Assembly (NCBI GenBank): GCA_002189035.1
Contig: CM007990.1
Span: 4,898,001 to 4,962,000, forward strand
DNA from: Utricularia gibba
Taxonomy: Eukaryota; Plantae; Magnoliophyta
DNA: 64,000 nucleotides
Direction of reading: 5' to 3'
Of the stretch, positions 12,327 to 25,939 are shown in pieces (within the stretch, counting starts at the first letter, position 1; every line of letters starts with the position of its first letter). Both the position numbers and the translations under genes were made by a program. The notes beneath the pieces were generated by a model. It searched no databases and was not told the DNA's origin. It saw only the letters and a program-made list of their open reading frames with translations.

Positions 12327-12920
12327 TGTTCCAAGTTCGATAGCAGGGATGAAAGGAAGGGAAGGAAATTACTAGAACTGGGAGAGATTACAACTACAAA
12401 TCGTCAACTACGAGCAGCTTACTTGAAGGAATCCAAAAAGATATTTGAAGAAACGAAGACTGGATTGGAAAAAGTAATTTTATTGAAGAAAAGATAATGT
12501 ATATATAAAATACAGAATAATTAAATTAAGGAAGCTACCATATACTGTTTAAGGAAGCTACTATACATATAATATGTACAATTTATGGAAAGTTATTAAA
12601 TACACCCATATTCTAGTATTTAAGAAATAATAAATACATTCATTTTGACAAATTATTTTAATACTTCTTCCTGAAGATGCAATTTGGAAGCATCTTGAAG
12701 ATGTAAAAATATTTGCAACTTGGCTTCTGGAAGGAACTTAGACATGATTATCAACATTTATGACATTTCATGTTATCATCAAGCAGAGAGATGGATTGCC
12801 AAACTGGATACATCATCTTGTAAGATGGAAATGAACAGCTTGAGCTCAACAGTGATTGTAGCCATGTTTTGATATTCAGTCTCAACAGACGACTTGGAGA
12901 TAGCATTCTATTAAGTTCAC
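12327..12920 (-). mobile_element. Truncated Ty1/copia retrotransposon 3' end: RNase H fragments, PPT-like tract and a probable LTR (~12327-12663)
   Basis: The - strand encodes NAISKSSVETEYQNMATITVELKL (copia RNase H consensus ..SRSSAEAEYRSMA..TxEL) and SRSQVANIFT (consensus SxxQLADIFTK). These are followed by a purine tract and a 337-bp block bounded on + by TG...(A)ATA, with an internal 23-bp tandem repeat. Confidence 0.75.
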
Positions 12921-15085
12921 TCATCTGTCCTCAAAGTAAATGTAGCAACTTGTAAGAGAACAATAAATTGTAAGACATGTTGCCCAATCTACATCATAAT
13001 GTGTCTGCAATGCAAGTTTCTAAGGCCAAACATAAAAGTCCCATGCGAATATGGAACATGTAGAGCAGCCACATCTCAGTGAGTTACTTGTGTGGTTGCT
13101 ACATTAACTAGTTGAAAGGTTGAATCATCCAGTGAGACGCACACAAGTTGTTTATAATCATGGTGATATATTATCAGAGAGCAGAATCCATCTGGGAAGT
13201 GGAGATGGCATTGATTGTGCATGTAGATTGAAAACAACTCAAGATTCAGAAAATACTTCACCTCCCAAAGGTCCCTCGGAATGAACTGATAATGAAAGGA
13301 CGATATGCTGATGTTTGAATAACTCCAGCAGAGTTCCTTTTTGTCTCTTCTATGAGGTCAGAGTAAAATGGAATTGAAAAACACGAACCACATTTGATAG
13401 CAACCCATCAAAAATACCTTATCCCAGCAGAGGATAATCGTACCTAATTTGATAAGAAAATACATAAATTCAAAATCTTATCGAGAAATATGCATTAAAA
13501 CAATAAATTCATACCTGCAAAATTCCCCTGTCATCATATAAGTACCCATGTGCTTGATATATAGATCACATGAAATTCACAAAATTAACCAAGTTAGATG
13601 GTAACCAAGGAGAATGTCGGTATAATCTAACGGAGTGTTCATCCCATCGCCTGTCATGTGGGCAGCAACTGCATTGGGTTAACGCCAGTTTTCCTAATCA
13701 CGCTGTAACCTACAACATTTATCCTTGGTATGCCTGAGCTTGCCACATCTCTTCCTTGAATGGATAATGCCATTACGTATTGCGAGCAATGTATGAATTT
13801 TTTGAATCCAGACAGACAACTCACAAAGATTTTCCATCAGTTACAGGCTCATCTCTCCCAATGAAACCATACATTTTTCTTCAAAGATCAAGCTTGCAAA
13901 TAAAAAGCGTTTCGCTATGGGCAAAACACATCAAATTAGAATAAAAAAATGGCTCTCTACGAAGTATCCACATGCATTTCTAATGCAGGCCAAGAATAGA
14001 AACGATGGAAGACGCCAACAAAATATGATTCACACTATCAAAAGTGACTCCCAAGAGTTAAGAAAATGTTCCAACTACAATTCCAGCAAGATGTAACAGC
14101 AATTAAAGAAGAACTACACAACAATGCACGATTTCCAGGACAAGAGCACTCACACAGTTGGTACTCCCACCCGGCACTCCGACGTTCTTGAAGCAAGAAC
14201 CAACAAAACCCCACAAAATTCGGAAAAAAACAAAAAGCCCGCCCCCACCTCCTCCCCTCGTACAAGGTGCTGTCCACGGGTCTGCACCATGAGTTGGGCC
14301 AGAGACTTGGACTACATCAACTTCCCATAACTTCACTGCTAGCAGACAGTCCATAAACGCACCTCCCAACACTGAAATCTGTAAAGAGCTCCATAAAATC
14401 GAGCCCTAAACCACTACTAAATCCGCTTCTCGCTGAATGATTTTTCAGCCCCAAGACATTAGAATTCAATTCCCCACGGAGGCCCAGAAACGAACAGGGT
14501 GATATTGCAACATTGATATTCATTTGGGGGCCCAAAAAGCAGACAATACAATATATTCATGGGCCCACATGACGCCATCAGTCGTAATGGATGACCGGGT
14601 CAATCTATCCTATTTATGGAATTAAATGCCGCGTGATGTTTTGACTACACAAGATTATCTCAAATTTTAATTTTTTGATCAAAGAATAGTCTTTAATTCA
14701 AAAGAATTAAATTTAAATAAATTTTTATTTCATAGAATTTATTCAAAAATAAAAAATGAGAAAATAATATATTCGTACCAATTTAAATCATCAAGTATAT
14801 GCTACCATTGGTCTATTTTATAAAAGTATAAAATTTCCTTTTTTTTATTCTTAGCTTAATTTGGTATGCTACCAACTCTTTTAAAATAAAATAAAAGGGA
14901 GGAATGCATTGCTTTAATCAGCGGTTCAGATGAATACACGTGTACAAGAGGTTTGGCTGTTGAACGGCTGAAAGGCGTTGGAATATCGAATGTTAGCTCA
15001 CTCGTCAGCCGACGAAGAGAAGGGAAACGGCACGACTGTGCATTTGTGTGACTGGCTGCACTATAAGTATTCAGCTTGAGGTTAA

Positions 15086-17192
<2,107 letters not shown>

Positions 17193-17270
17193 TAATTCAT
17201 GATCTAAGGTGCTTTGAATGTATAGTATCATGCCGCAAATAACAAGTTATATATGGTATTATAGTTGCAC

Positions 17271-19286
17271 TCAAACTAAACGCACATGACTGAGCCTAGA
17301 ACGAACATTAGACTTGTCATAAAGAGCCCCATGATCCACAGCCTTATATAGCACATTTGCCCCCTGTTTCTCTTGCTCTTGCACAGCTCCAAAGATGATT
17401 TCCTCTGGTCTCTTTGAGGTTTGCTCATAGAAAGTGTGTGGCTGAGACGCGATGTACTGATGGGGATGTTGCTGATGTTTTTTGTTCGTCTGATGCGTCT
17501 GAAACTCGCCATCCCAGCTGGAGTACAGGGCTCGACTTTGCCTAAGCTGCTGCATTTTCTCCAAATCATTTGTCATGAAGGCATACGTCTTTTTTGGGGT
17601 AGGAATCCCTGGCTCTATGGATGGAGGATCATCTTCAGCTGGAATAACGAAACTCTCTTGCAAAGGCCATGAATTTGCATCCTTGTATTGATATTCATTG
17701 CTTCTACTCTTGCTGCTCCTCAACAGGGGAACTATTCCCAGAACTTCTGCAGCTGCTTCCACGGTTTGTGTTGCCAGCCTCCCGATCGATCCCAGAAAGG
17801 TCACTCCTTGCTTTTCCTCATCATACTCCGAAGCCACTTCGGAATGCATCGAAGAACTCCAGGACTTCTGATATGGACTAAGTGAAACATAAGCACCTTT
17901 CATGGCTTCTTCCTCCTGCAGGAGGAAAAGAAACAAGAAGGGGCGAATGAGATTGATGGGGACCAGAAGAAAAGAGTGTGACTCAGAATCACCTTTCGGG
18001 AAGATGCCATTCTTTGTTGAAGCAACGCCATTATGTAACCTACGAATCCAGCAACAAGGAGCACACCGGTCCCTGCAGAGCATTGGAGCCATGACAGTTT
18101 TAATGGAAATGAACACTGCACAGGGAATATTGTCTGCTGATGTTGCAGGAGTTTACCGGCAGGAAAGCTGGTTGTGTACTGATAAGCGCAATCATGAAAA
18201 TGGAGTTGTATCTCCCTTATGGCCTTGTTCCCACGGTCAATGACTAGAAGAGAACAGCTGCTTCCAAGGTAGACCACATCGAAGTCATTTGAGAATCTTG
18301 CTTCTTTGCCTTGTCCGTCGAAGTGTGTGCCCTGTTTTCCACCGGCAATTGTAGTAACTCCTATCAGGAAGATGCCCAGATGAAGTTCAATCAACAGGCT
18401 TCAAGGAAACAACATGTGTAACTCATGAAGAGATTAACAAGAATAGAAGCTTACCAGTGTCACTTATCTTCCTGATGGCCATGTTATCCGTATCAGCAAC
18501 ATAAACATTTCCTCTGTCATCAACCGCTAGTCCTTTTGGATGATTCATTCGGGCGTCTTTACCTTTCCCATCGACATAACCACAAAATCCATCTGTGGAA
18601 CCTGAGATCAACCTTGGCCTGGTGTCTATGATTCCCAAGAGTAACCAGGTTAGTTTTCACAATGAAGATTAGCTGGGGAAAAACACAGAAGATGGGCATG
18701 ATCCTTGTTGTCAAACATTTACATACATGGATGCATGAGGGGATAACTTACACACAGATAACGAAGAAGATATCTTGTACAGATTACAATTAGCAGAATC
18801 CAAGATAAGAAGGTCTCCATCAGGCAAAACCTGTACAGAGTATGGCTCGATTCCAAGCTTGCTACCATCAAGCACCGTCTCCACATCATATCCACCTTCA
18901 AACTTCATTATTGGGCGGCGATTCAACGCTGGAAGAGTCAGGATGCAGGGAACGAACACAACAGCGTAGTCCAGTGAGTAATTACAAACAATCAGAGGCG
19001 AATAAAATATCCCCATACCTGTTATAGTAGTGTACCTCATCGACAAAACCCATTTGACCAGCATGGACAACACATTCGAAAGAAAGCTGTTCACAGGTCC
19101 TGGGGAAAAGACAACACAAGAAACATTACCCACAATGCGGAAACACACACACACCAACGAACAGCGTAAACATCACTACTTACTCGCCGGTGATGAAGCC
19201 GCGGAAGCACAGCATGGACAACTGAAAATGATAACAAGGGAGAAGAGCAACAGAAAGACAACGTTTTTCCTTGCATTCAATCCCAT
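17271..19286 (-). CDS. NHL-repeat-containing protein with signal peptide and transmembrane segment
   Basis: Signal peptide MGLNARKNVVFLLLFSLVII. Motifs FEGGYDVETVLDGSKLGIEPYSV, RMNHPKGLAVDDRGNVYVADTDNMAIRKI, RFSNDFDVVY and SLLVIDRGNKAIREIQL. TM segment VLLVAGFVGYIMALLQ and tail WPLQESFVIP. Confidence 0.93.
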
Positions 19287-20001
19287 TTGGGAAATTTTGC
19301 AAGTAAACCGAAGTGCGCAGTGACGAAAACAACTCAAAAGAGGAGTGACAAGCTCAGCATTGCAGTGCCCCCATCACCTGAACACTAAAAAAGGAGAATG
19401 CGAGCATAAATGCTCTCGTGGGTTTTGAGATTCTTGATGAAAAAAGAAGCAAGGGAAAGTTGAAAATGCTCGGGATTTTTTGAGAGGAGCGGGGCGTCTG
19501 ACAGAGACTGAAAGAGACAACAGAGCAAAAAGGAAGGAATAGTGTCTGGGCCCCCAGTCTCAATTACCCCCCTACTTAAATAACATAAATAATAATAATA
19601 ATAATAATTTATAATAATACTCAATACGGTACTAAAAAATAAAAGCACCGTTTTTTCAGCATTTCTGTTCCTTTTTTTTTAATAAAAATAAATCATTTTA
19701 AAAAAAGGAAGCCCCTTGCTTTAATTGCATAGATAATAATGTCTTACGGATCCATGACATCAAGTTTCTATTAATATAAACCTTCAAAAGTCACAAATTT
19801 TAAAAATATTATTGTACAATATTGCTACTTGTTATAATCGTTATTTAAAAAAGATTATAGAATTAAAAAACTTTTTATTATTTTTTTATTTTTATAAAAT
19901 ATAAAAATCATTTAAAAGCCCATCACGTTTATACTGGGCCGCCAGTGCGGATGGCCCAACAAGCTTTGAGATACAAGTAAGAGGCCCAAAGTCGGATATC
20001 G

Positions 20002-21585
20002 TTACAAATAAGTGACACCAGCACCTCCATCTAAAGCAAGGGCAGATCGTGAAGAAGCTCCGGTTGTCTCTGGGTCACGGCCGATACCCAATTGCTGCGG
20101 ATGGTGGTGGTGATACGGCGGCGTTGAGCCGGAGGCGCTCATCTCAGATACTCCATTATCACGGCATTCCTCCTCCTCCTCCTCGGCCACCGCCATCCCT
20201 TCTCCCGTGAGCCTCGAGAAGAGGTGATTTTGATGTTCGAAGTGAGTCGATGAGGATGCCACCGGAACGACGGATGGGAGCTTGGAGAGGAGAGCTTCGA
20301 GGCTGCTCATGGATGGGGTTATTTTCATGGGATCAGGAGTCATATGGTCAGTTGTTGAGGCATGTTGCTGCTCAGGTGCCATCCCTCTTGGGGTGCAGTC
20401 TGGGAATCAATGGTTAAGGAATACGCTGGTGATGTTGGATATGGCAACAAGACTCCTGGGATGCTCTCTATGTAGCTGAACTTCTTCTTTAGCAGCGCCA
20501 CACAGTTCAGATCTTCCATCACCTTTGTTTTCACACATGGTAGAAGGATTTTTAGGCAATGTGATTGGAACGGTTGATGTAAAGGGAGGATGAAGAAGAA
20601 CCTTGTGAATAGCTCCTAGTTGAATAACACCTTCTCTGACAGCAATCAAGGCAATTGTCTGTAGAACATTTGAAGATCTATGTGTTTAGTAGTTTTAACC
20701 CGAACAGTTTTCTGCATAAAAGGATCTAACTACCCTCCTCACCTTTATTCCAGATTGAAACTGAGCTTCCCAAGTCCTTGGATGCTGAAAAAAGAAGAAA
20801 TGGAAGACAGAGAGGATCAAAACCCTGAGGAGGAAACAGGGTAGCTATCCATCTGGTTAACGATATGAACTTACTGAATCAGCTGAATTGTGCCACGCGG
20901 GTAGAAAGTGCATTTCTTGATCATTCGGCTCATTTGGATCCATTTGTGGCCGTGATCAGCTGCCACCTTCCCAATCAAGCTGTATGAAAAGAGACAGTAA
21001 TTAAAGAGCAAAAGCAAAGGTACACATGCTTTTTTCTTGCTCTCCTGTCTTTTTATGAACCAGGGATTCCTCCCCATACCCCTCTCCATAATTGTAGATT
21101 TCATGAGACATTTTGAAGAACACCTCAGGTTGCAACCCCTGATAATGCTGCAACTCACAGTTCCGTACACCGACGACCCTCCGCCGCTCATCTCCCCCGC
21201 TGATGCTGCTGCGAAGTTACAGAAACCATCTTCCCACACCAATATCCTGAAACACCAGGAAGTAGCATACATAACAATGATGAAGTAAGAATTGAAGGAC
21301 GGGAAGAGGAGCAATGGCAAACCAGTTCCTCCTGTTCCCTCGAGACCTGTCATAGGCTCCTCCTCCTAGACCATCCCACCTATGATCAGCAAATACTTTT
21401 AACAAACCGTGTGGGAAAGAAGCGAGAAAGTGTGAGGAAGATTTCTAACTTGGGAGGAGGGTAGTTTCTTGGAAGGATTCTCCAGAAAACAGCATACACC
21501 CACTGAGCATTCTCATGAGACACAGGCTCCTGAGCGTGTGTTGAAGAAGTTGGGTCACACCCAAAGAATTCAGCTGTTCTCCCAT
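20002..21585 (-). CDS. RICE SALT SENSITIVE 3-like / bHLH-MYC N-terminal-domain protein (At1g60060-type), with four 1-nt frameshifts in this sequence
   Basis: MGEQLNSLGVTQLLQHTLRSLC/HENAQWVYAVFWRILPRNYPPPK, WDGLGGGAYDRSRGNRRNWILVWEDGFCNF, QGLQPEVFFKMSHEIYNYGEG, HPRTWEAQFQSGIK and MKITPSMSSLEALLSKLPSVVP. Splice sites are intact. Confidence 0.88.
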
Positions 21586-22800
21586 TGGTTTTTTGTTGCT
21601 GCAAGCTTGATGGGAAGAGAAAGATGAGCCCCACTCACTCTTTCTTCTTCATCTCCAATCCATTTCAAAGCTCTTTCTATCTTGTTCCAAGTGAAAGAGG
21701 CAAAATCCCAACATCACTTTACATGAAGCCACCACCTCCCTTCTTTATTTGATTCATTTCTACTTAGCTTCTGATGCCGTTTTTCATGCACACATTTTAG
21801 TTACAATATATTTGACGCATGTAACAAAAGTAATTTACTTTTCTACCCCTCTGAGGGTTAAAAACGTAACTTCCAAAGCATAGTTGACGTAATCTACCTA
21901 TTTACTAGTTTGATTTTCATTCTCAAAGATTACTTTTAAATTTATGTTTTTTTTTCTTTGTAGAAAGTTGGATAATAAAATAATTCGCACGTCAGCTTTA
22001 GTTTTTTCTCCCTTTAAAGATCTATAGGAGCTTTGGTTCACGAAAGGGAATCACGTTGGGAATTGTGAGGAGCCTCGAACCGGGTAGCTCAACCGGTGAA
22101 CCGTACGGTTGAGGTAACTGTGTGTGGAACCTTTCTTGCCTTCCCCAAAATAACTTCAGATGGAACAACTTAGACCCAAAGCTGGAAACACCAGAAGCAC
22201 CGCCCGGTGGGCGTCATTTATTGGTGTTTAGGGTTCGGACATTGATGCTACAGGGTGGTCACCGCATCGGCTGCTCCATGGGCATGGGGTTCTGTTCTGA
22301 GAGCAAGGGCAAAGTAAAGCAGGGGCGGGAGGTGATAACAACCAGTACCAACTGCTTGTTTCCATTTCCGTATGTACGTCAAGGGATGGTGTCGGTGAAA
22401 GGAAAAGCTCCAGGGCCGATCACGTGAACCCATTTCCGTCTCCTTTTGAGTGAATCATTGAGGTGCAGGTGCTTTGTGTGTGTGTGTGTGGCGCGGAGAG
22501 GAGGACCGGAGGGGGGCTGCCCTCATTCCCACATGCTGGACGCAGAAACTCAGGTGTCCGGTGTCCCCCGCCGTGTGTTCGTCGGAAGGACTCCCTCCCT
22601 CCCCCACGCGTGCGGATTCATCACCAAATCAACCAAATGGGGAGCTACAATTCCGTGCAATTCCTGAGAAAATCACGCACTTCGTCTGGTGCGTATAAGT
22701 GTGCGATTTTCAAGTTAGATGTTATATTTGATATATTATTTTTGTTTTATTTGTGACTATATTGATTTGATATATATTAAAATAACGTAGCATCCTAAAA

Positions 22801-22860
22801 ATCGAATTCCTAAAATCAATGGATCTCAATAATCGAATTCCTAAAATCAAGGAATCTCAA
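22801..22860. repeat. Two-copy 31-bp tandem repeat
   Basis: atcgaattcctaaaatcaa(t/g)g(g/a)atctcaa at 22801 and 22832. Only one diverged copy is present in duplicate 2. Confidence 0.8.
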
Positions 22861-22908
22861 CCTGAATGTCATATCTGGTACTCATTTTGATGCAACCTAG
22901 ATGGGGAG

Positions 22909-22950
22909 TGGCCCGGCCCATTTAATAGGCCCAAATTCTATTAATGGGCC
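22909..22950. promoter_or_regulatory. Cluster of site II-like (TGGGCY/GCCCA) motifs; paralogous cluster at ~25711-25735
   Basis: ggcccggcccatttaataggcccaaattctattaatgggcc, kept in both duplicates. It lies 3' of the MLP genes and 5' (on the - strand) of block X. Confidence 0.35.
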
Positions 22951-23129
22951 TGTGCCCGAATGGTTGGATCGGAAAATGGAAATAGTTAATTAGTGGTGCA
23001 CGAGTATTTCATTCTTGAACTGGGGTTTGGGAACAAACCCAGCCAGAGTTTATTTCAACCATGGTTAAAGGAAAAGGCCCGGCCGGATCAGCAGTCGTAC
23101 CACGTGAGTGCCGCCTGCCGATCTCTTCT

Positions 23130-23647
23130 TCAAGGGTTCGCCAGAATATAGGCGTCAAGATCCTGGAAGACCTTCGCGAAGAAGCCCTTGATGAGTTCAG
23201 GGTCGGGGATGTCACCGCTCTCCTTATCGAACTCGGCAGACCAGTTCAGCAGCCTTGGGCTGCCGCCGTTCACGGACACGCTGGCCGTGTAGTTCTTGTA
23301 GAACTTCAGCAAATCCCCGTCGATGATTGCGTAGATCAGGGTCCTGGTTTCATCGTCTACCTTCTCGAACTTCTCCGTAATAGTGGAGATCCCTGTCAGT
23401 CCTGGATTCACGTTTACCGGATGATTAGCGGGGATTCGACGAATGCGTACATGACTAATTACAAACCTTGAGCGAATTTGACGAGACGGATGGATCCGAC
23501 GGATGCGCCATCGCCTTCTAGGACCTCGATGCTTTCGAAGAGATGGGGGAGAGCCTTGGGAAAGAAAGTGGCGGAGTTCTTGATGCCGTCCCAGACTTTG
23601 TTCTCGTTGGATTTCAACTCCAGTTCGATTTCGATCTTCGACGCCAT
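23130..23647 (-). CDS. MLP423: Major latex protein / Bet v 1 (MLP423-like), copy 1, 150 aa
   Basis: Exons 23647-23467 and 23401-23130 with a 65-nt GT-AG intron. Gly-rich loop IEVLEGDGASVGSIRLVKF; also YAIIDGDLLKFYKNY and WSAEFDK. Confidence 0.92.
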
Positions 23648-25279
23648 GGCCTCAGATTCTGGAACACAGCAAGCACAGAGCAAGAGATTGGTCTGATTCA
23701 GTTAAGAATTGAAGGATGCTAATTTGTGGATGAAAGCAGAATAAGAGTTATCCATTTAAAAATAAGGTTCAATCATGTTATTACAATCACACATGCATTG
23801 TAGTAATGCATTAAATGCAATCACCAATTAATCAATATATAAATAAATACATAATATATATTTTTCAATACTCTTACTTAGAGTATTTTAATCAATGCAT
23901 TTCCCAATTGTTCTTCAGAGTTCACATGTTTCAACTTCAATTTATTATTTTGCAAATAATCGTTAATAATAAACGATCAATCTCCACATATTTGGTAGTA
24001 TCATGATGAAGTGGATTTATAGCAATACTAATAATTTCTTTATTATCACAATTGAGAGTCATTGTACCCTCTTAGCAATACTAATAAGTTCATCGAACAA
24101 TCGTTTGATCCACACCATTTCACACATGGTTAAGTCCATTGCAAGATATTCTGATTCTATGTTGAATAAGTTACATTACTTAGTTTATTATTTCTCCAAA
24201 TTAATCATACTAACATTTTCTCTCTCACATTAAAATCAAAATTTTGCATATAGTATCATTATTTTTCACACACATTAACCGTAATATGGTTACTTTTCAA
24301 ATTCATCCTAATAATAGCCACACTTGTGCTTTGTGGAAAGTTGGATAATAAAATAATTCTCACGTCAGCTTTAGTTTTTTCTCCCTTTAAAGATCTATAG
24401 AAGCTTTGGTTCACCAAAGGGAAATCACGTTGGGAATTGTGAGGAGCCTCGAACCGGGTAGGCCAACCGGTGAACCGTACTGTCCAGGTAGCTGTGGGTG
24501 GAACCTTTCTTGCCTTCCCCAAAATAACTTCAGATTTTATCACCAACATTTCACCTTTTGGAACAATTTATACTCAAAGCTGGAAACACCAGAAGCACCG
24601 CCGAGTTTGTGTCATTTATTGGTGTTTAGGGTTCGGACATTGATGCTACAGCTACAGGGCGGTCACCGCAGCGGCTGCTCCATGGGCATGGGGTTCTGTT
24701 CTGAGAGCAAGGGCAAGGAAAAGCAGGGGCGGGAGGTGATAACAACCAGTACCAACTGCTTGTTTCCATTTCCGTATGTACGTCAAGGGATGGTGTCGGT
24801 GAAAGGAAAAGCTCCAGGGCTGATCACGTGAACCCATTTCCGTCTCCTTTTGAGTGAATCATTGAGGCGCAGGTGCTGTGTGTGTGTGTGGCGCGGAGAG
24901 AAAGACCGGAGGGGGGGCTGCCCTCATTCCCACATGCTGGACGTAGAACCTCAGGTGTCCGGTGTCCCCCGCCGTGTTGTTCGTCGGAAGGACTCCCTCC
25001 CTCCCCCGACGCGTGCGGATTCATCACCAAATCAATCAAATGGGGAGCTACGTTGCACGATTCACTGTCATTGGTGAGAAGTTTGAAGGATATGAAGATG
25101 TGTAATTTTTAATTAGTTGTTGTATTTGATAAATTAATTTTATTTTAATTATAATTGTATTCATTTGTATAATGCACATATATTTTTTTAAAATAATATA
25201 TTCTTAACGTATCTTAAAAATCGAATTTTTGAAATTAACAAATCTCCTACTAATGCAGCCCGAATCTTCCAGCTCGCCC

Positions 25280-25672
25280 TACAGCTGGGCACGGTTACGG
25301 GTTGACCGGTGTATCCGGCGGGTCAACTCGTGACAGGTCCAACCCGTAACCCGTACCGTCGAAAACGGGTCGGTTGTACATGGGTACGAGTCAACTCGGC
25401 GGGTCAATGTAAATGGATTTAGCGTGTAGTGTATTAAAAAAAATTGGGCTAACTCACAAAAATATAAATACATGATCAACCTATAACCTAATTATCAATG
25501 AATATATCTAATATTATTAAAATTAAAAAAAAATAATGACACGTATCAACTCATGACTCGGGACAGGTCAACCCATCCAACCCGTCAACTCATACCCACC
25601 AAGTCAGCCATTTCATTTTTTACCCGGCGGGTTCGACCCGTGACCCGCCGAGTCGACCCATGCCCACCTCTA
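25280..25672. mobile_element. Non-autonomous hAT-type DNA transposon (393 bp)
   Basis: TIRs TACAGCTGGGCACGG / revcomp TAGAGGTGGGCATGG (12/15). Degenerate 8-bp TSD gctcgccc (25272-25279) / actcgcct (25673-25680). GC-rich subterminal acccg/cgggt repeats around an AT-rich core. Absent from the paralogous position in duplicate copy 1. Confidence 0.85.
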
Positions 25673-25939
25673 ACTCGCCTCCATTATGGTGCAATCTAGA
25701 TGGAGAGTTGCCCCGGCCCATTAATGAGGCCCACATCCTATTAATGGATCTTTGCCCGAATGGTATGGGCTCCTTCGTGGATTGGAAAGTGAAAATAGTT
25801 AATAGTGCACGAGTATCTCATTCTTGAGCTGGGTGTTTCGGAACAAACCCAGCCAGAGTTTATTTCAACCACGATTAAAGGAAAAGGCCCGGCCCGATAA
25901 GCTGTCGTACAACATGAGTGGCGCGTGCCGATCTCTTCT

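Larger units (their letters stand above)
21956..23698. repeat. Tandem segmental duplication, copy 1 (GC-rich block X + spacer + MLP gene)
   Basis: Colinear with 24329-26512. Homology starts at ctttgt(a/g)gaaagttggataat and ends at gagcaagagattggt(c/t)tgattc. Confidence 0.93.

Noticed and set aside
13074-13137. C/D snoRNA-like segment on - (TGGATGA...CTGA with TCTCA/TGAGA ends)
   Set aside because: The C box is imperfect, the terminal stem overlaps the D box, and no rRNA or snRNA complementarity could be recognised.
14404-14412. CCCTAAACC as a telomerase RNA template (also AACCCTAAAC on - at 22226-22235 and its paralogue)
   Set aside because: No correctly placed USE (RTCCCACATCG) plus TATA Pol III promoter, and no recognisable plant TR flanks. 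Such 9-10-mers are common teloboxes.
22455-22475. Similarity to miR530 (GCACCTGCACCT) and miR397 (TCATTGAG.TGCAG)
   Set aside because: Only partial matches with seed mismatches, no star arm or hairpin, and the paralogous copy has diverged at this site.
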